Below are positions 7,961 to 16,952 of a DNA stretch of 64,000 nucleotides, piece after piece. Below the pieces are notes generated by a model. That model searched no databases. It saw nothing but the letters and a program-made list of their open reading frames with translations, and was not told the DNA's origin. Position numbers and translations under genes: made by a program. Source of the DNA: Chloroflexota bacterium (GTDB taxonomy: Bacteria > Chloroflexota > Limnocylindria > Limnocylindrales > CSP1-4); the NCBI GenBank assembly GCA_003171065.1, contig PMXQ01000149.1, forward strand, positions 57,490 to 121,489. The letters run 5' to 3'. Position 1 is the first letter of the stretch, and each line of letters opens with the position of its first letter.

Positions 7961-9778
7961 ATGACGCGGCGCGCCGGTGACGGAGCCGGTCTGCTGGCGG
8001 CCTTCAGGGCTGCTGTCGACAACCTCGCCGACCATGTCGACGAGGTCAACGCCCTGAACGTCTTCCCCGTGCCCGACGGCGACACCGGCAGCAACATGCT
8101 GGCCACGGTCCGCGCCGCCCTGGCGGAGGCGGAGGGAGTGGCCGAACCGTCGGCCGATCGCGTGGCTATGGCAATCAGTTTCGGGGCCCTGATGGGTGCT
8201 CGGGGCAACTCCGGTGTCATCGCCTCGCAGATCTTCCGGGGCATGGCCGAGGGGCTGGGTGGGAAGGAGCGCTTCGACGGCGCGGACCTCGCCCGATCCC
8301 TGACGCAGGGCACGGCCACCGCCTACAAGGCGGTCGTCAAGCCAGTCGAAGGGACGATCCTGACGGTCATCCGCGAGGCGTCTGCGGCCGCCGTGGTCGT
8401 GGCCGAGGAGGGTGGCGATCTCGAATCCGTCCTGATCGCGGCGGTTCGGGGGGCCGAAGAAGCGGTCGCGAAGACGCCCTCGATGCTGCCGATCCTGCGT
8501 GAGGCCGGCGTGGTGGATGCGGGCGGGCAGGGCCTCTTCCGGCTGCTCGAGGGCGCGCTCCAGTACATCGTGGCCCACAACCCGGCCCCGGTTTCGGCGG
8601 CCGAAGGCACGGCGGCGCATCGGCGGATCGCCAGGCCGGCTGCCCTGGCCGACGGGGAGTTCGGCTACGAGACGATGTTTCTGCTCCACACCCGAGACAA
8701 GCCACTGGACCTGGAGCGCCTGCGGGCGGAGTTCGAGCGAGTGGGAGACTCCGTCCTTGTGGCCGGCGACGGTCGCGCGGCGAAGGTGCACGTCCACAAC
8801 GACCGACCGGATCAGGTCATAGCGCTCGGGTTGTCGGTGGGGTCGCTTACGCGCATCACCGTCGAGAATCTCGACTCACAGAGCCAGGAAGTCCGCGACA
8901 AGAGGGAGTCCGAGCTGAGCGTCGGTCAACTGCCGGCAAAGGTCGGGGCCGAGGACGGGCCGGGCTCTCATGGTGCCGGCGGTGCCGGACGCGCGCGCGC
9001 CGGCCATCACGAGGGGCGTCCGCATGTCGACCTCGAGACATACGGCGCCGAGATGGAAGGGGCCGCGGACGGGACGAGCGGGTCCAGTGGGGCGGGCGAC
9101 AGGGCCGTGCCAGAGGAGACGGTCCCGCTGGCCGTCGTGGCGGTCGCCGCCGGCGACGGGCTGGCGCGCATCTTCGACTCGTACGGCGTGGCCGCGGTCG
9201 TGCACGGCGGCCAGACCAACAACCCGTCCACGGGCGAGCTGCTCGACGCGGTCGAGAAGATCGCCGCGGACGAGATCCTCCTGCTGCCGAACAACCCTAA
9301 CGTCGTTCTGGCGGCGCGCCAGGCCTCGGAGATGGCCACGCGCAGGGTGCGCGTCGTTCCCACTCGAAACGCCGCCGAAGGTTTCGCGGCACTTCTCGCC
9401 CTCGATCCGGTTCGCGACGCCACGGCCAATGCCGAGGTCATGACACTGGCGGGCCGGGCGGTCCAAACGCTGCAGGTCACCGAAGCCGTGCGTGACGCCA
9501 TGATCGGCGGACGAAAGGTCAGGATGGGCCAGACGATCGTGCTCGACCCCGACGACGGCCTCCTGGCGGTGAACAGCGATCGAATGAAGGCGGTCCTCGC
9601 CGCTCTGCGAGCCCTCGAGCCCGGCTTCGAGCTGGTGACGATCTACTACGGCGACGGCGCCGACCTCGCAGAGGCCGAGAGCGTGGCCAGCCGGATCGGG
9701 GAGTCGCGTCCCGGCGTGGAGGTGGAGGTGATCCACGGTGGGCAGCCCCACTACCGGTACCTCATCGCAGCCGAGTAG
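7961..9778 (+). CDS. DAK2-domain protein (YloV/FakA-like fatty-acid kinase ATP-binding component) with a Gly/Ala-rich internal insert
   Basis: N-terminal NALNVFPVPDGDTGSNM DAK2 signature and a DegV/FakA-like C-terminal half. ATG at 7961 chosen by homology, inside track ORF 7853..9778. Confidence 0.8.
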   Translation: MTRRAGDGAGLLAAFRAAVDNLADHVDEVNALNVFPVPDGDTGSNMLATVRAALAEAEGVAEPSADRVAMAISFGALMGARGNSGVIASQIFRGMAEGLGGKERFDGADLARSLTQGTATAYKAVVKPVEGTILTVIREASAAAVVVAEEGGDLESVLIAAVRGAEEAVAKTPSMLPILREAGVVDAGGQGLFRLLEGALQYIVAHNPAPVSAAEGTAAHRRIARPAALADGEFGYETMFLLHTRDKPLDLERLRAEFERVGDSVLVAGDGRAAKVHVHNDRPDQVIALGLSVGSLTRITVENLDSQSQEVRDKRESELSVGQLPAKVGAEDGPGSHGAGGAGRARAGHHEGRPHVDLETYGAEMEGAADGTSGSSGAGDRAVPEETVPLAVVAVAAGDGLARIFDSYGVAAVVHGGQTNNPSTGELLDAVEKIAADEILLLPNNPNVVLAARQASEMATRRVRVVPTRNAAEGFAALLALDPVRDATANAEVMTLAGRAVQTLQVTEAVRDAMIGGRKVRMGQTIVLDPDDGLLAVNSDRMKAVLAALRALEPGFELVTIYYGDGADLAEAESVASRIGESRPGVEVEVIHGGQPHYRYLIAAE

Positions 9779-12218
9779 GGCGGTGGCGACGCGGGGGCCG
9801 GGCGGTTCGAAGTCGCTTGGCGGCCCCTCGAAGGTAAGCGTGCCTCGCGGTCCCGTCGGCCCCGCTGCGAAGATTGGGGAGAGCGGTTTCGTCGGTGCGA
9901 CCGTGCTGCGGCGGGTCGGGCCGCGACTCGGCATCTTCACGGTCCGGGACCTGCTCTTCCACCTGCCCCGCCGCTACGACGACCTGCGGGCCCTGAGCAC
10001 CGCGCGGGAGCTGGCATGGGTGGCCGACGGCGAGCCGGCCAGCGCCAGGCTGCAGGTTCGCGGGATCCGCATCGCGCCGACATTCCGCCGGCATGTCGAG
10101 AGGACGACGGTCTATCTGGGCGACGACACGGGCGAGGCCGAGGCCACGTGGTTTGGACGGCGCTTCATCGCCAACCGGCTGCGCGAGGGGCAGTGGATCG
10201 TGATCAGCGGCAAGATCCGCCGCCGCGGCTTCAGGACCAGCTTCGACAACCCCGAGTTCCAGCCCGACGACGGCTCGGCTCTCCTGCACGCCGGCAGAAT
10301 CGTGCCCGTATACAGGCTCACGGCGAGATTGACGGCGGCCACTCTCCGGCGGGCGATCCGGCAGGCTCTCGACGCGGTCGGCGCGACGTATCCGGAGTAT
10401 CTGCCGGCCGAGGCGCTGGCGGCGGCAGGAGCGAGCGGGACCGCCGGCACAGCCGGCGGCGCGGGCACGGCCGGCGGCGCGGGCCAAACGGGTGCGATGC
10501 CGATCCCGGCCGCGCTGGAGAGCGCCCACTATCCGGATGACTTCGAGCGCCGCGATGCCGCGCTGCATCGCCTCGGCTTCGATGAGCTTCTGGCGCTGCA
10601 GATCGGCATGGTCGCGCGCGACCGGCAGCGCCGCGTGGCCGTCGGCGAACCCGTGGCCGTGCCGCCGGCGCGCGTTCGCGAGGCGACCGAGGCCGTTGAG
10701 GCGGCGCTGACCGAGCAGGTCCGCGCTCGCAAAGGTGCCGCCGACCCGGCTCGCATGACCCCGGACCAGGCGGCGGCAGTGGAGGCGATCGTCGCGGACC
10801 TGGGCCAGGCACGGCCGATGATGCGGCTTCTTCAGGGCGACGTCGGATCCGGCAAGACCGCGGTCGCGGCGCTGGCGCTGGCCTTCGTCGCGGACGCGGG
10901 GCGCCAGGGTGCGCTGCTCGCGCCGACGGATCTGCTCGCCCGCCAGCACGCCGTGGCGCTACGCCGGCTCGTCGAGCCGCTCGGCCACGGAGTGACGCTG
11001 CTGACCGGGTCGCTCCCCGCCGGTGAAAGGCGTGAGGCGCTCAAGCTTCTGGCCGCGCCGCCCGCCGGCGAAGGGCTGCTCGGGCTCACGAGCGGCCGGA
11101 TCGTCGTGGGCACGCACGCGCTCGTTCAAGAGGCGGTCCAGTTCGCCGATCTGGCCCTGGCCGTGGTCGACGAGCAGCACCGCTTCGGCGTCGCGCAACG
11201 CGAGGCGCTTGCCACGAAAGGCCGCTCGCCACATGTCCTGCTGATGACCGCTACGCCAATTCCGCGAACCCTGGGCCAGATCGTGCTGGCCGACCTCGAC
11301 GTCTCGGACCTGCGGACCCCGCCGGCCGGTCGCCTGAAGGTGAGGACCGGCATTCGTCATACCGAGGATCTGGCCGGGACGGCGGCGGAGCCCTCCAAAG
11401 GTGCCTACCAGCTCATCGTCCGCGAGGTTCGCGAAGGGCATCGAGCCTTCGTGGTCGTGCCTCTGGTGGAGGAGGACGAGGAATCGGCCGCTCGCTCCGC
11501 CGATGAGGTCGCGGCGGCGCTGCCGGCGCAGCTGGCGGAGGCCGCGGCGCGAATGGGCGAGCCAGACGAGCCGGCGCCCCGAGTCGGTGTCGTGCACGGG
11601 CAGATGAGGGCGGCCGATCGCGACGCGACGATGGATCTCTTCCGTCGCGGCGAGATCGACGTCCTGGTCGGCACCACGGTGCTGGAAGTGGGCGTGGACG
11701 TGCCCGAGGCCACGGTCATGCTCGTCCTCGATGCCGATCGCTTCGGCCTGGCCCAGCTCCACCAGCTGCGGGGTCGCGTCGGGCGTGGTGAGGCACAGTC
11801 CTACTGCATCCTGGTCTCGGACTCGAACGACGAGACGGCGAAGGCGCGCCTCGAGGCGCTGGCAACCACCAACGACGGCTTCGAGCTGGCCGAGCTGGAC
11901 CTGGAGCTCCGGCGCGAGGGCGAACTGCTGGGCCTGCACCAGAGCGGGCTGCCTACGTTGCGAATCGCGTCGCTGCGGAACAAGGAGGACCGCGATCGGG
12001 CGGCCCAGGCGCGAGCAGTGGCGGAGCGGTTGCTCGACGAGCAGGGTGCGCTGCTGCCCGGCCATGACGCGCTCGCGGCAGAGCTGCGGGACGGCTGGCT
12101 GGCCCGGGTGGGCGCGGGCGAGGTGCTGGCGGAGGTCGAGCACGCGGTCGCAGCGGGCGCCGGCGCCGCCGCGACCGCCCACGGCCGCTCTGCGGCGTCC
12201 CCGCAGGCGTCCGAATGA
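9738..12218 (+). CDS. recG: ATP-dependent DNA helicase RecG
   Basis: Helicase motifs GDVGSGKT, DEQHRFGV, MTATPIPRT, QLHQLRGRVGRG. Wedge/OB N-terminal domain. Conserved yloV-recG order. Confidence 0.9.
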   Translation: MGSPTTGTSSQPSRAVATRGPGGSKSLGGPSKVSVPRGPVGPAAKIGESGFVGATVLRRVGPRLGIFTVRDLLFHLPRRYDDLRALSTARELAWVADGEPASARLQVRGIRIAPTFRRHVERTTVYLGDDTGEAEATWFGRRFIANRLREGQWIVISGKIRRRGFRTSFDNPEFQPDDGSALLHAGRIVPVYRLTARLTAATLRRAIRQALDAVGATYPEYLPAEALAAAGASGTAGTAGGAGTAGGAGQTGAMPIPAALESAHYPDDFERRDAALHRLGFDELLALQIGMVARDRQRRVAVGEPVAVPPARVREATEAVEAALTEQVRARKGAADPARMTPDQAAAVEAIVADLGQARPMMRLLQGDVGSGKTAVAALALAFVADAGRQGALLAPTDLLARQHAVALRRLVEPLGHGVTLLTGSLPAGERREALKLLAAPPAGEGLLGLTSGRIVVGTHALVQEAVQFADLALAVVDEQHRFGVAQREALATKGRSPHVLLMTATPIPRTLGQIVLADLDVSDLRTPPAGRLKVRTGIRHTEDLAGTAAEPSKGAYQLIVREVREGHRAFVVVPLVEEDEESAARSADEVAAALPAQLAEAAARMGEPDEPAPRVGVVHGQMRAADRDATMDLFRRGEIDVLVGTTVLEVGVDVPEATVMLVLDADRFGLAQLHQLRGRVGRGEAQSYCILVSDSNDETAKARLEALATTNDGFELAELDLELRREGELLGLHQSGLPTLRIASLRNKEDRDRAAQARAVAERLLDEQGALLPGHDALAAELRDGWLARVGAGEVLAEVEHAVAAGAGAAATAHGRSAASPQASE
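10430..10500 (+). repeat. Short tandem coding repeat (gccggcggcgcgggcacg x2) giving a Gly/Ala/Thr insert inside recG
   Basis: Encodes AGTAGGAGTAGGAGQTGA. Confidence 0.5.
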
Positions 12219-12865
12219 GCGAGGCGGGGCGGGTCATCGCCGGGACGGCCAGAGGCACCCGCCTGATGGCCCCGGGCGAGGGCACCAGGCCCCTCGCCGA
12301 CAGGGTCAAGGAAACGCTGTTCGCGATCCTGGAGCCGGACCTGCCGAACGCACGGGTGCTCGACCTGTTCGCCGGGTCGGGCGCCGGCGGCATCGAGGCT
12401 CTCTCGCGCGGAGCCGCAAGGGCCGTCTTCGTGGAGCGAGACGCGATCGCCGCCCGCGTCATCGGCGAGAACCTGGTGAAGACTCATCTCGCCGACCGCG
12501 GCCACGTCGCCCGCGCCGACGTGCTCACGTATCTGGGGGAACGAGCCGCCACCGATGGCCCATTCGACGTCGTCCTGATCGACCCGCCGTACTCGCAGTT
12601 CACGCTTCTCGAGTCGGCCCTGGCTCGACTGGCCGCGCCGCCGGCTCCGCTTCTCACGGCCACGGCGTGGGTGGTGGCCAAGCACTTCTGGCGAGCCCCT
12701 CCACCATCGGCCGTGGGGCTGCTAGCATCGGCGCGAACCCGACGGTTTGGAGAGACCGCCCTGACGTTCTACCGTCGGACGGACGCCGGGCCGCCGGTCG
12801 CGGAAGAGTCGGCCGCCGTCAGCTCGGATCGACAAGCCGCCGAGGCGGAGGAGGCAGCTAGGTGA
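12215..12865 (+). CDS. rsmD: 16S rRNA m2G966 methyltransferase RsmD (YlbH-like)
   Basis: LDLFAGSGAGGIEALSRGA..DPPY methyltransferase motifs. Overlaps the recG stop. Precedes coaD as in Firmicutes. Confidence 0.8.
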   Translation: MSEAGRVIAGTARGTRLMAPGEGTRPLADRVKETLFAILEPDLPNARVLDLFAGSGAGGIEALSRGAARAVFVERDAIAARVIGENLVKTHLADRGHVARADVLTYLGERAATDGPFDVVLIDPPYSQFTLLESALARLAAPPAPLLTATAWVVAKHFWRAPPPSAVGLLASARTRRFGETALTFYRRTDAGPPVAEESAAVSSDRQAAEAEEAAR

Positions 12866-13365
12866 AGATCGCCGTTTACCCGGGCTCGTTCGACCCGATG
12901 ACGAACGGCCACCTCGATGTCGTCGCCCGTGCGGCCGCCGTCTTCGACCGGGTCGTCTTCGCCGTCCTCGTCAATCCTCGCAAGTCGGAGCCGATCTTCC
13001 CAACTGACGTTCGTCTGGCGGTCATTCGCGAAGCCGTCGACGAGTGCTGCCCGGCCGACGTGGCGGCCCGCATCGACGTCGAGTCCTTCGACGGCCTGAC
13101 CGTCGAGTTCTGCCGCACGTGCGGCGCCAACTTCGTCGTTCGTGGGCTGCGTGCCATCTCCGACTTCGAGTCCGAGCTGCAGATGGCCCACATGAACCGC
13201 AAGCTGGACCCCGAGGTCGACACCGTCTTCTTCATGAGTGCCCTGGAGCACAGCTACCTGAGCTCGAGCCTGGTCAAGGAGATCGCCACTTTCGGCGGCG
13301 ATGTGACGCAAATGGTCCCCGCAGCGGTCGCCAGGCGCCTGGCAGCGCGAATCCCGAGTCTATAA
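12862..13365 (+). CDS. coaD: Phosphopantetheine adenylyltransferase
   Basis: KIAVYPGSFDPMTNGHLDV, RGLRAISDFESE, SSSLVKEIA are canonical CoaD motifs. Confidence 0.9.
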   Translation: MKIAVYPGSFDPMTNGHLDVVARAAAVFDRVVFAVLVNPRKSEPIFPTDVRLAVIREAVDECCPADVAARIDVESFDGLTVEFCRTCGANFVVRGLRAISDFESELQMAHMNRKLDPEVDTVFFMSALEHSYLSSSLVKEIATFGGDVTQMVPAAVARRLAARIPSL

Positions 13366-13397
13366 TCCAGGAAACCGGCAGCCCGAGAGCTTGCCCC

Positions 13398-13404
13398 AGG
13401 AGGG
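13398..13404 (+). promoter_or_regulatory. Strong Shine-Dalgarno AGGAGGG with no canonical start codon at the expected distance (nearest in-frame codon is ATC at 13413)
   Basis: ccccAGGAGGGccagtccgATCgacatcatc. High third-position-GC coding signal begins here. Confidence 0.45.
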
Positions 13405-13490
13405 CCAGTCCGATCGACATCATCCACCTCGTCGAGCGACTCGAGTCGCTGCTGGCGGACGGCCGGAAACTTCCCTTCACCGGCAACGTC

Positions 13491-13949
13491 ATGGTCGATC
13501 AGGCGTACGCGCTGGACCTGATCGACCAACTGCGGATGGCGATCCCCGAAGAGATCAAGACCGCCAAGCGGGTCAACTCAGAGGTGGATCGACTGCTGGA
13601 GCAGGCGCGCGAGGAAGCGGAGCAGATCCTCGCCCGTGCCCAGGAGCAGGCGACGTACCTGATTGAGGAGCGCGAGCTGACGCGTCAGGCCGAGGAGATG
13701 GGCGTGGAGATCGTGCGCCAGGCGCGATCCGAAGCCGATGGCATACTTCGCGGCGCCGACGACTACGCCGCCGACGTGCTGGCCAAGCTCGAAGTCGAAG
13801 TCATGCGGACCCTCAAGAGCATCAGGCTGGGGCTGGATCTACTGGATGAAAGGCGCGCCGTCCCCGCGGTCCCGGACAGCACCGATGGAGAAGGGGCGCT
13901 CGATGAATACGAACAGTCGACAGGCACAGAAGAGCCAATCCGTCGCTGA
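13491..13949 (+). CDS. Coiled-coil protein (ATP synthase b-subunit-like or DivIVA-like helical protein). The start is uncertain and the coding signal continues upstream to about 13413.
   Basis: Frame has high third-position GC from 13413 on. Heptad-rich sequence LLEQAREEAEQILARAQEQATYLIEERELTRQAEEMG. The first canonical ATG is at 13491, but a strong AGGAGGG (13398..13404) lies 8 nt before an in-frame ATC at 13413. Confidence 0.5.
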   Translation: MVDQAYALDLIDQLRMAIPEEIKTAKRVNSEVDRLLEQAREEAEQILARAQEQATYLIEERELTRQAEEMGVEIVRQARSEADGILRGADDYAADVLAKLEVEVMRTLKSIRLGLDLLDERRAVPAVPDSTDGEGALDEYEQSTGTEEPIRR

Positions 13950-14484
13950 GGCGTTGACCTTCAACGTAGCCGGCCTGCTCGGTGAACCGGTTGGCTCGAT
14001 CCGCGATGTCGATGTCAGCTCGCCACCGTTGGACATCGGTGCGGAACTGCGCCAGAACCGCAGGTTGGCCGGGCAGCTGCGTCTCACCCGTACGAACCGA
14101 GGCCTGCTGGTGCACGGTAGGCTCTTCACATCCATCGAGCAGGAGTGCAGTCGCTGCCTCCGCGAGATCGACTACCCGGTTGAACTGGAGATCGAGGAAG
14201 AGGCCCTGCCGACCATCGACCTGGCGAGCGGCCTCGCGCTCGACACCTCGGCCGAGCCGGACGTTCTCCGGCTCACGGACCACCACGAGCTCGAGCTCGC
14301 GCAGGAGGTCCGCGAGGCGATCCTGCTGGCCGAGCCGATCGCGCCCCTGTGCCGGGAGGACTGCCCGGGCCTGTGCGTGGTCTGTGGGCTGGAGCTGAGC
14401 AGTGGTGCGCACGATCACCCCGATCCGGACATAGATCCGCGCCTGGAGGCGCTGCGCCAGTTTCAGTCGCCGGACGAGGGCTGA
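13903..14484 (+). CDS. YceD/DUF177 family protein (the 23S rRNA accumulation factor usually found upstream of rpmF)
   Basis: C-terminal CxxC..CxxC (CREDCPGLCVVCGLEL) and the acidic DUF177 core. ATG at 13903 preceded by GGAGAAGGGG. Confidence 0.75.
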   Translation: MNTNSRQAQKSQSVAEALTFNVAGLLGEPVGSIRDVDVSSPPLDIGAELRQNRRLAGQLRLTRTNRGLLVHGRLFTSIEQECSRCLREIDYPVELEIEEEALPTIDLASGLALDTSAEPDVLRLTDHHELELAQEVREAILLAEPIAPLCREDCPGLCVVCGLELSSGAHDHPDPDIDPRLEALRQFQSPDEG

Positions 14485-14653
14485 CCCGGGGATCTCGTGT
14501 GCCCTTGACGCGGACAACCGGCGGTCCGCCACAGTCGGTCAACCGGTCCCACGTCCGTCTGGAGCCGTCGCTTCGCGCGATCGACCCCGGCAATCCAGCC
14601 GGCATGGCGACGTCCGGATCAAGGACCAGTACAGCTGCTTCCTGCGCCCGGAT

Positions 14654-14675
14654 GCCGACGGCAAGCCGACGGCAA
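14654..14675 (+). repeat. Perfect tandem duplication of the 11-mer gccgacggcaa immediately upstream of the 14677 ATG
   Basis: gccgacggcaa-gccgacggcaa-gATG. Confidence 0.6.
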
Positions 14676-14676
14676 G

Positions 14677-14931
14677 ATGATCGCCATCTACGCCATCTTC
14701 GGCGTCAACGCCAGCGCCGAGCCGGCCGCCAAGTTGGAGTATGTGAATCGGGTCAACGACCAGGTCAAGCTCATTCGGGCCTCGGTCATGGGCGACGGGC
14801 GGTTCTTCCTCGACTACTACATTCCGGTCGATGGAGGCATCACCAAGCGGGCCGTGGTCCTGGCCGCACGGCGCTTCCTCTCCTGCATCGAGGCTGCGAT
14901 TTCGCAGGACACGAGCACCGTCGTGGCCTGA
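14677..14931 (+). CDS. Hypothetical 84-aa protein
   Basis: ATG ORF with high third-position GC in an otherwise unexplained 546-nt gap between yceD and hisS. No recognisable family. Confidence 0.4.
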   Translation: MIAIYAIFGVNASAEPAAKLEYVNRVNDQVKLIRASVMGDGRFFLDYYIPVDGGITKRAVVLAARRFLSCIEAAISQDTSTVVA

Positions 14932-15018
14932 CGGGGGTTCCTGTGGGAGCTCTGGCCGGCGCCCTGGCCCGCCTTCCGTCACGGCGGCATCAGGCGGTTG
15001 GACGCCCCGCGCAGTCGC

Positions 15019-15024
15019 TAGACT
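15019..15024 (+). promoter_or_regulatory. -10 hexamer TAGACT 6 nt upstream of the hisS ATG
   Basis: gcTAGACTtcggccATG. Confidence 0.45.
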
Positions 15025-15030
15025 TCGGCC

Positions 15031-16320
15031 ATGCCGTCATTTCGCGCCCCCAGGGGCACCCGCGACCTGCTCCCCGAAGTCAGCTCGAGCCTGAATCGAC
15101 TGGAGGGGATCGCCCGCTCGCTGGCCGGCCGCTACGGCTATCGGGAGATGGAGATCCCGATGTTCGAGCAGACGGCCGTCTTCGAGCGCGGGATCGGCGA
15201 AGTCACGGATGTCGTCGAGAAGGAGCTGTTCCGGCTGGCGCCTCGAACCGAGGAGGCTGAAGCGTGGGCGCTGAGGCCTGAAGCGACCGCGGGCATCGTC
15301 CGGGCATTCGTGCAGCACGGGATGCAGACATGGCCGCAGCCGGTGAGGCTGACGGTTCTGGGGCCGATGTTCCGGTACGACCGGCCGCAGGCCGGCCGTT
15401 ACCGCCAGTTCTGGCAGTGGGACGCGGAGGCGATCGGCGATCCGGGCCCGGCCGTGGACGCGGAAATGGTCGAGATGGGCTACCGCTTCTACGTGGAGGC
15501 GGGCGTGTCCGACGTGCAGGTGCTGCTGAACTCGATCGGCGACGGGGCTTGCCGGCCGGCCTACCTGGAGCGGCTGACGGCCTACTTCCTCAGTCATGAG
15601 GCGGGCCTCCCCGAACTCGAGCGGCGGCGGCTCGAGATGAACCCGCTTCGCCTGCTGGACTCCAAGGATCCGGCGATGACGGCTCTGGTGACAACCGCGC
15701 CGAGGATCGGCGACTGCCTGTGCGAGGGGTGCGCGGGCCACTTCGCCGCGGTTCGTGCCCATCTGGATGCGATCGGCGTCCCATACCGAGTCGAGCCGGC
15801 GCTCGTGCGCGGCCTGGACTACTACACCCGGACCGCTTTCGAGTACTACCGACGCGGTGCGGAGGGCCAGCAACAAGCGCTCGGCGGCGGCGGTCGATAC
15901 GACGGCCTGGTGGAGCTGCTGGGCGGCCGGCCCATGCCCGGTATCGGCTTTGCCCTGGGCCTGGATCGGGTGCTGCTGGCGCTCGACGAGACCGGAGCCA
16001 CGGCCGAGGGTGTGGCTCCGCCGCCGCTGGCGGTCGTCGTCGGAGCGGATCCGGCCGACACGGTCACGCGTCTGCGGGTGGCGAGCCTGCTCCGCGCCGA
16101 GGGGCTGTCCGTTCGGGCCGAGCTCGCGCAGCGCAAGCTGGGGCGGCAGCTCGAGACGGCGTCGCGCGACCACGCTCATTTTGCCGTGATCATCGGCGAC
16201 GAGCTGAACGAGGGGCACGTCCAGCTCAAGGACCTCGAAGCGGGCACGCAGCGGCTGGTGCCCCTTGCGGAGCTCGCGCGTGAGCTGGCCCGGGCCGCGA
16301 AGAGCCATCACCACGGGTAG
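15031..16320 (+). CDS. hisS: Histidyl-tRNA synthetase
   Basis: PRGTRDLLP, class II motifs, anticodon-binding C-terminal domain, 429 aa. ATG sits 6 nt after a TAGACT hexamer. Confidence 0.9.
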   Translation: MPSFRAPRGTRDLLPEVSSSLNRLEGIARSLAGRYGYREMEIPMFEQTAVFERGIGEVTDVVEKELFRLAPRTEEAEAWALRPEATAGIVRAFVQHGMQTWPQPVRLTVLGPMFRYDRPQAGRYRQFWQWDAEAIGDPGPAVDAEMVEMGYRFYVEAGVSDVQVLLNSIGDGACRPAYLERLTAYFLSHEAGLPELERRRLEMNPLRLLDSKDPAMTALVTTAPRIGDCLCEGCAGHFAAVRAHLDAIGVPYRVEPALVRGLDYYTRTAFEYYRRGAEGQQQALGGGGRYDGLVELLGGRPMPGIGFALGLDRVLLALDETGATAEGVAPPPLAVVVGADPADTVTRLRVASLLRAEGLSVRAELAQRKLGRQLETASRDHAHFAVIIGDELNEGHVQLKDLEAGTQRLVPLAELARELARAAKSHHHG

Positions 16321-16406
16321 CGGTCCGGAGTCGCCGCGGGGCGGAGATTCTTCGGGTGGCGGGAACGAATCGCTCCGTCGCGCCGGTCATAGGTGGTGAC
16401 AGGCCA

Positions 16407-16952
16407 ATGGAGGGATCGGTGGAGCGGGAGCTGGTGCTCGCGGCCCGACTGGGCGACGAGGTCGCCTTTGCCCGGCTGATCGAAGCGGAGGCTCCACGGG
16501 TCTACCGCGCCGTTCTGGCGGTCGTCGGCTCGCCCGAGGATGCCCAGGAGGTGATGCAGGATGCGTCGATACGAGCCTGGCGCCGGCTTCGGGAGCTGCG
16601 GGAGGCCGATAGCTGGCCGGCCTGGTTCCGTCGCATCGCTGTCCGGCAGGCATTCGATCGCGCGGGACGACAAAGCCGCATCCGGCTGCATGAGGTCAGC
16701 CTCGACGCTGCCGAAGGGGACGCCGGGCATGACCCGAGCTCAGGCTGGGCGGACCGGGCGAGCGTGATGTCGGCGCTGCAGCTTCTGGCAAGAGAAGACC
16801 GGGCGCTGCTGGGCCTGCGGTTCGGCGCCGATCTGGCGGTGCCGGATATCGCCTCGGCTCTGGAGATTCCTCTGGGCACGGCGAAGTCGAGGCTTCACCG
16901 GGCGCTCGGCCGTCTGGCGGCGGCCATGGGAGATGACGATGTCCGGCGATGA
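16407..16952 (+). CDS. ECF (group IV) RNA polymerase sigma factor
   Basis: Region 2 (LVLAARLGDEVAFARLIEAEAPRVYR..PEDAQEVMQDASIRAWR) and region 4 helix-turn-helix (DIASALEIPLGTAKSRLHRA). Start ATG at 16407 inside track ORF 16356..16952. Confidence 0.85.
   Translation: MEGSVERELVLAARLGDEVAFARLIEAEAPRVYRAVLAVVGSPEDAQEVMQDASIRAWRRLRELREADSWPAWFRRIAVRQAFDRAGRQSRIRLHEVSLDAAEGDAGHDPSSGWADRASVMSALQLLAREDRALLGLRFGADLAVPDIASALEIPLGTAKSRLHRALGRLAAAMGDDDVRR

Noticed and set aside
13044-13490. N-terminal 150 aa of track ORF 13044..13949, which overlaps coaD in another frame.
   Set aside because: The overlapping part is Arg-rich nonsense produced by reading coaD out of frame. Real coding signal starts only after the coaD stop, around 13413.
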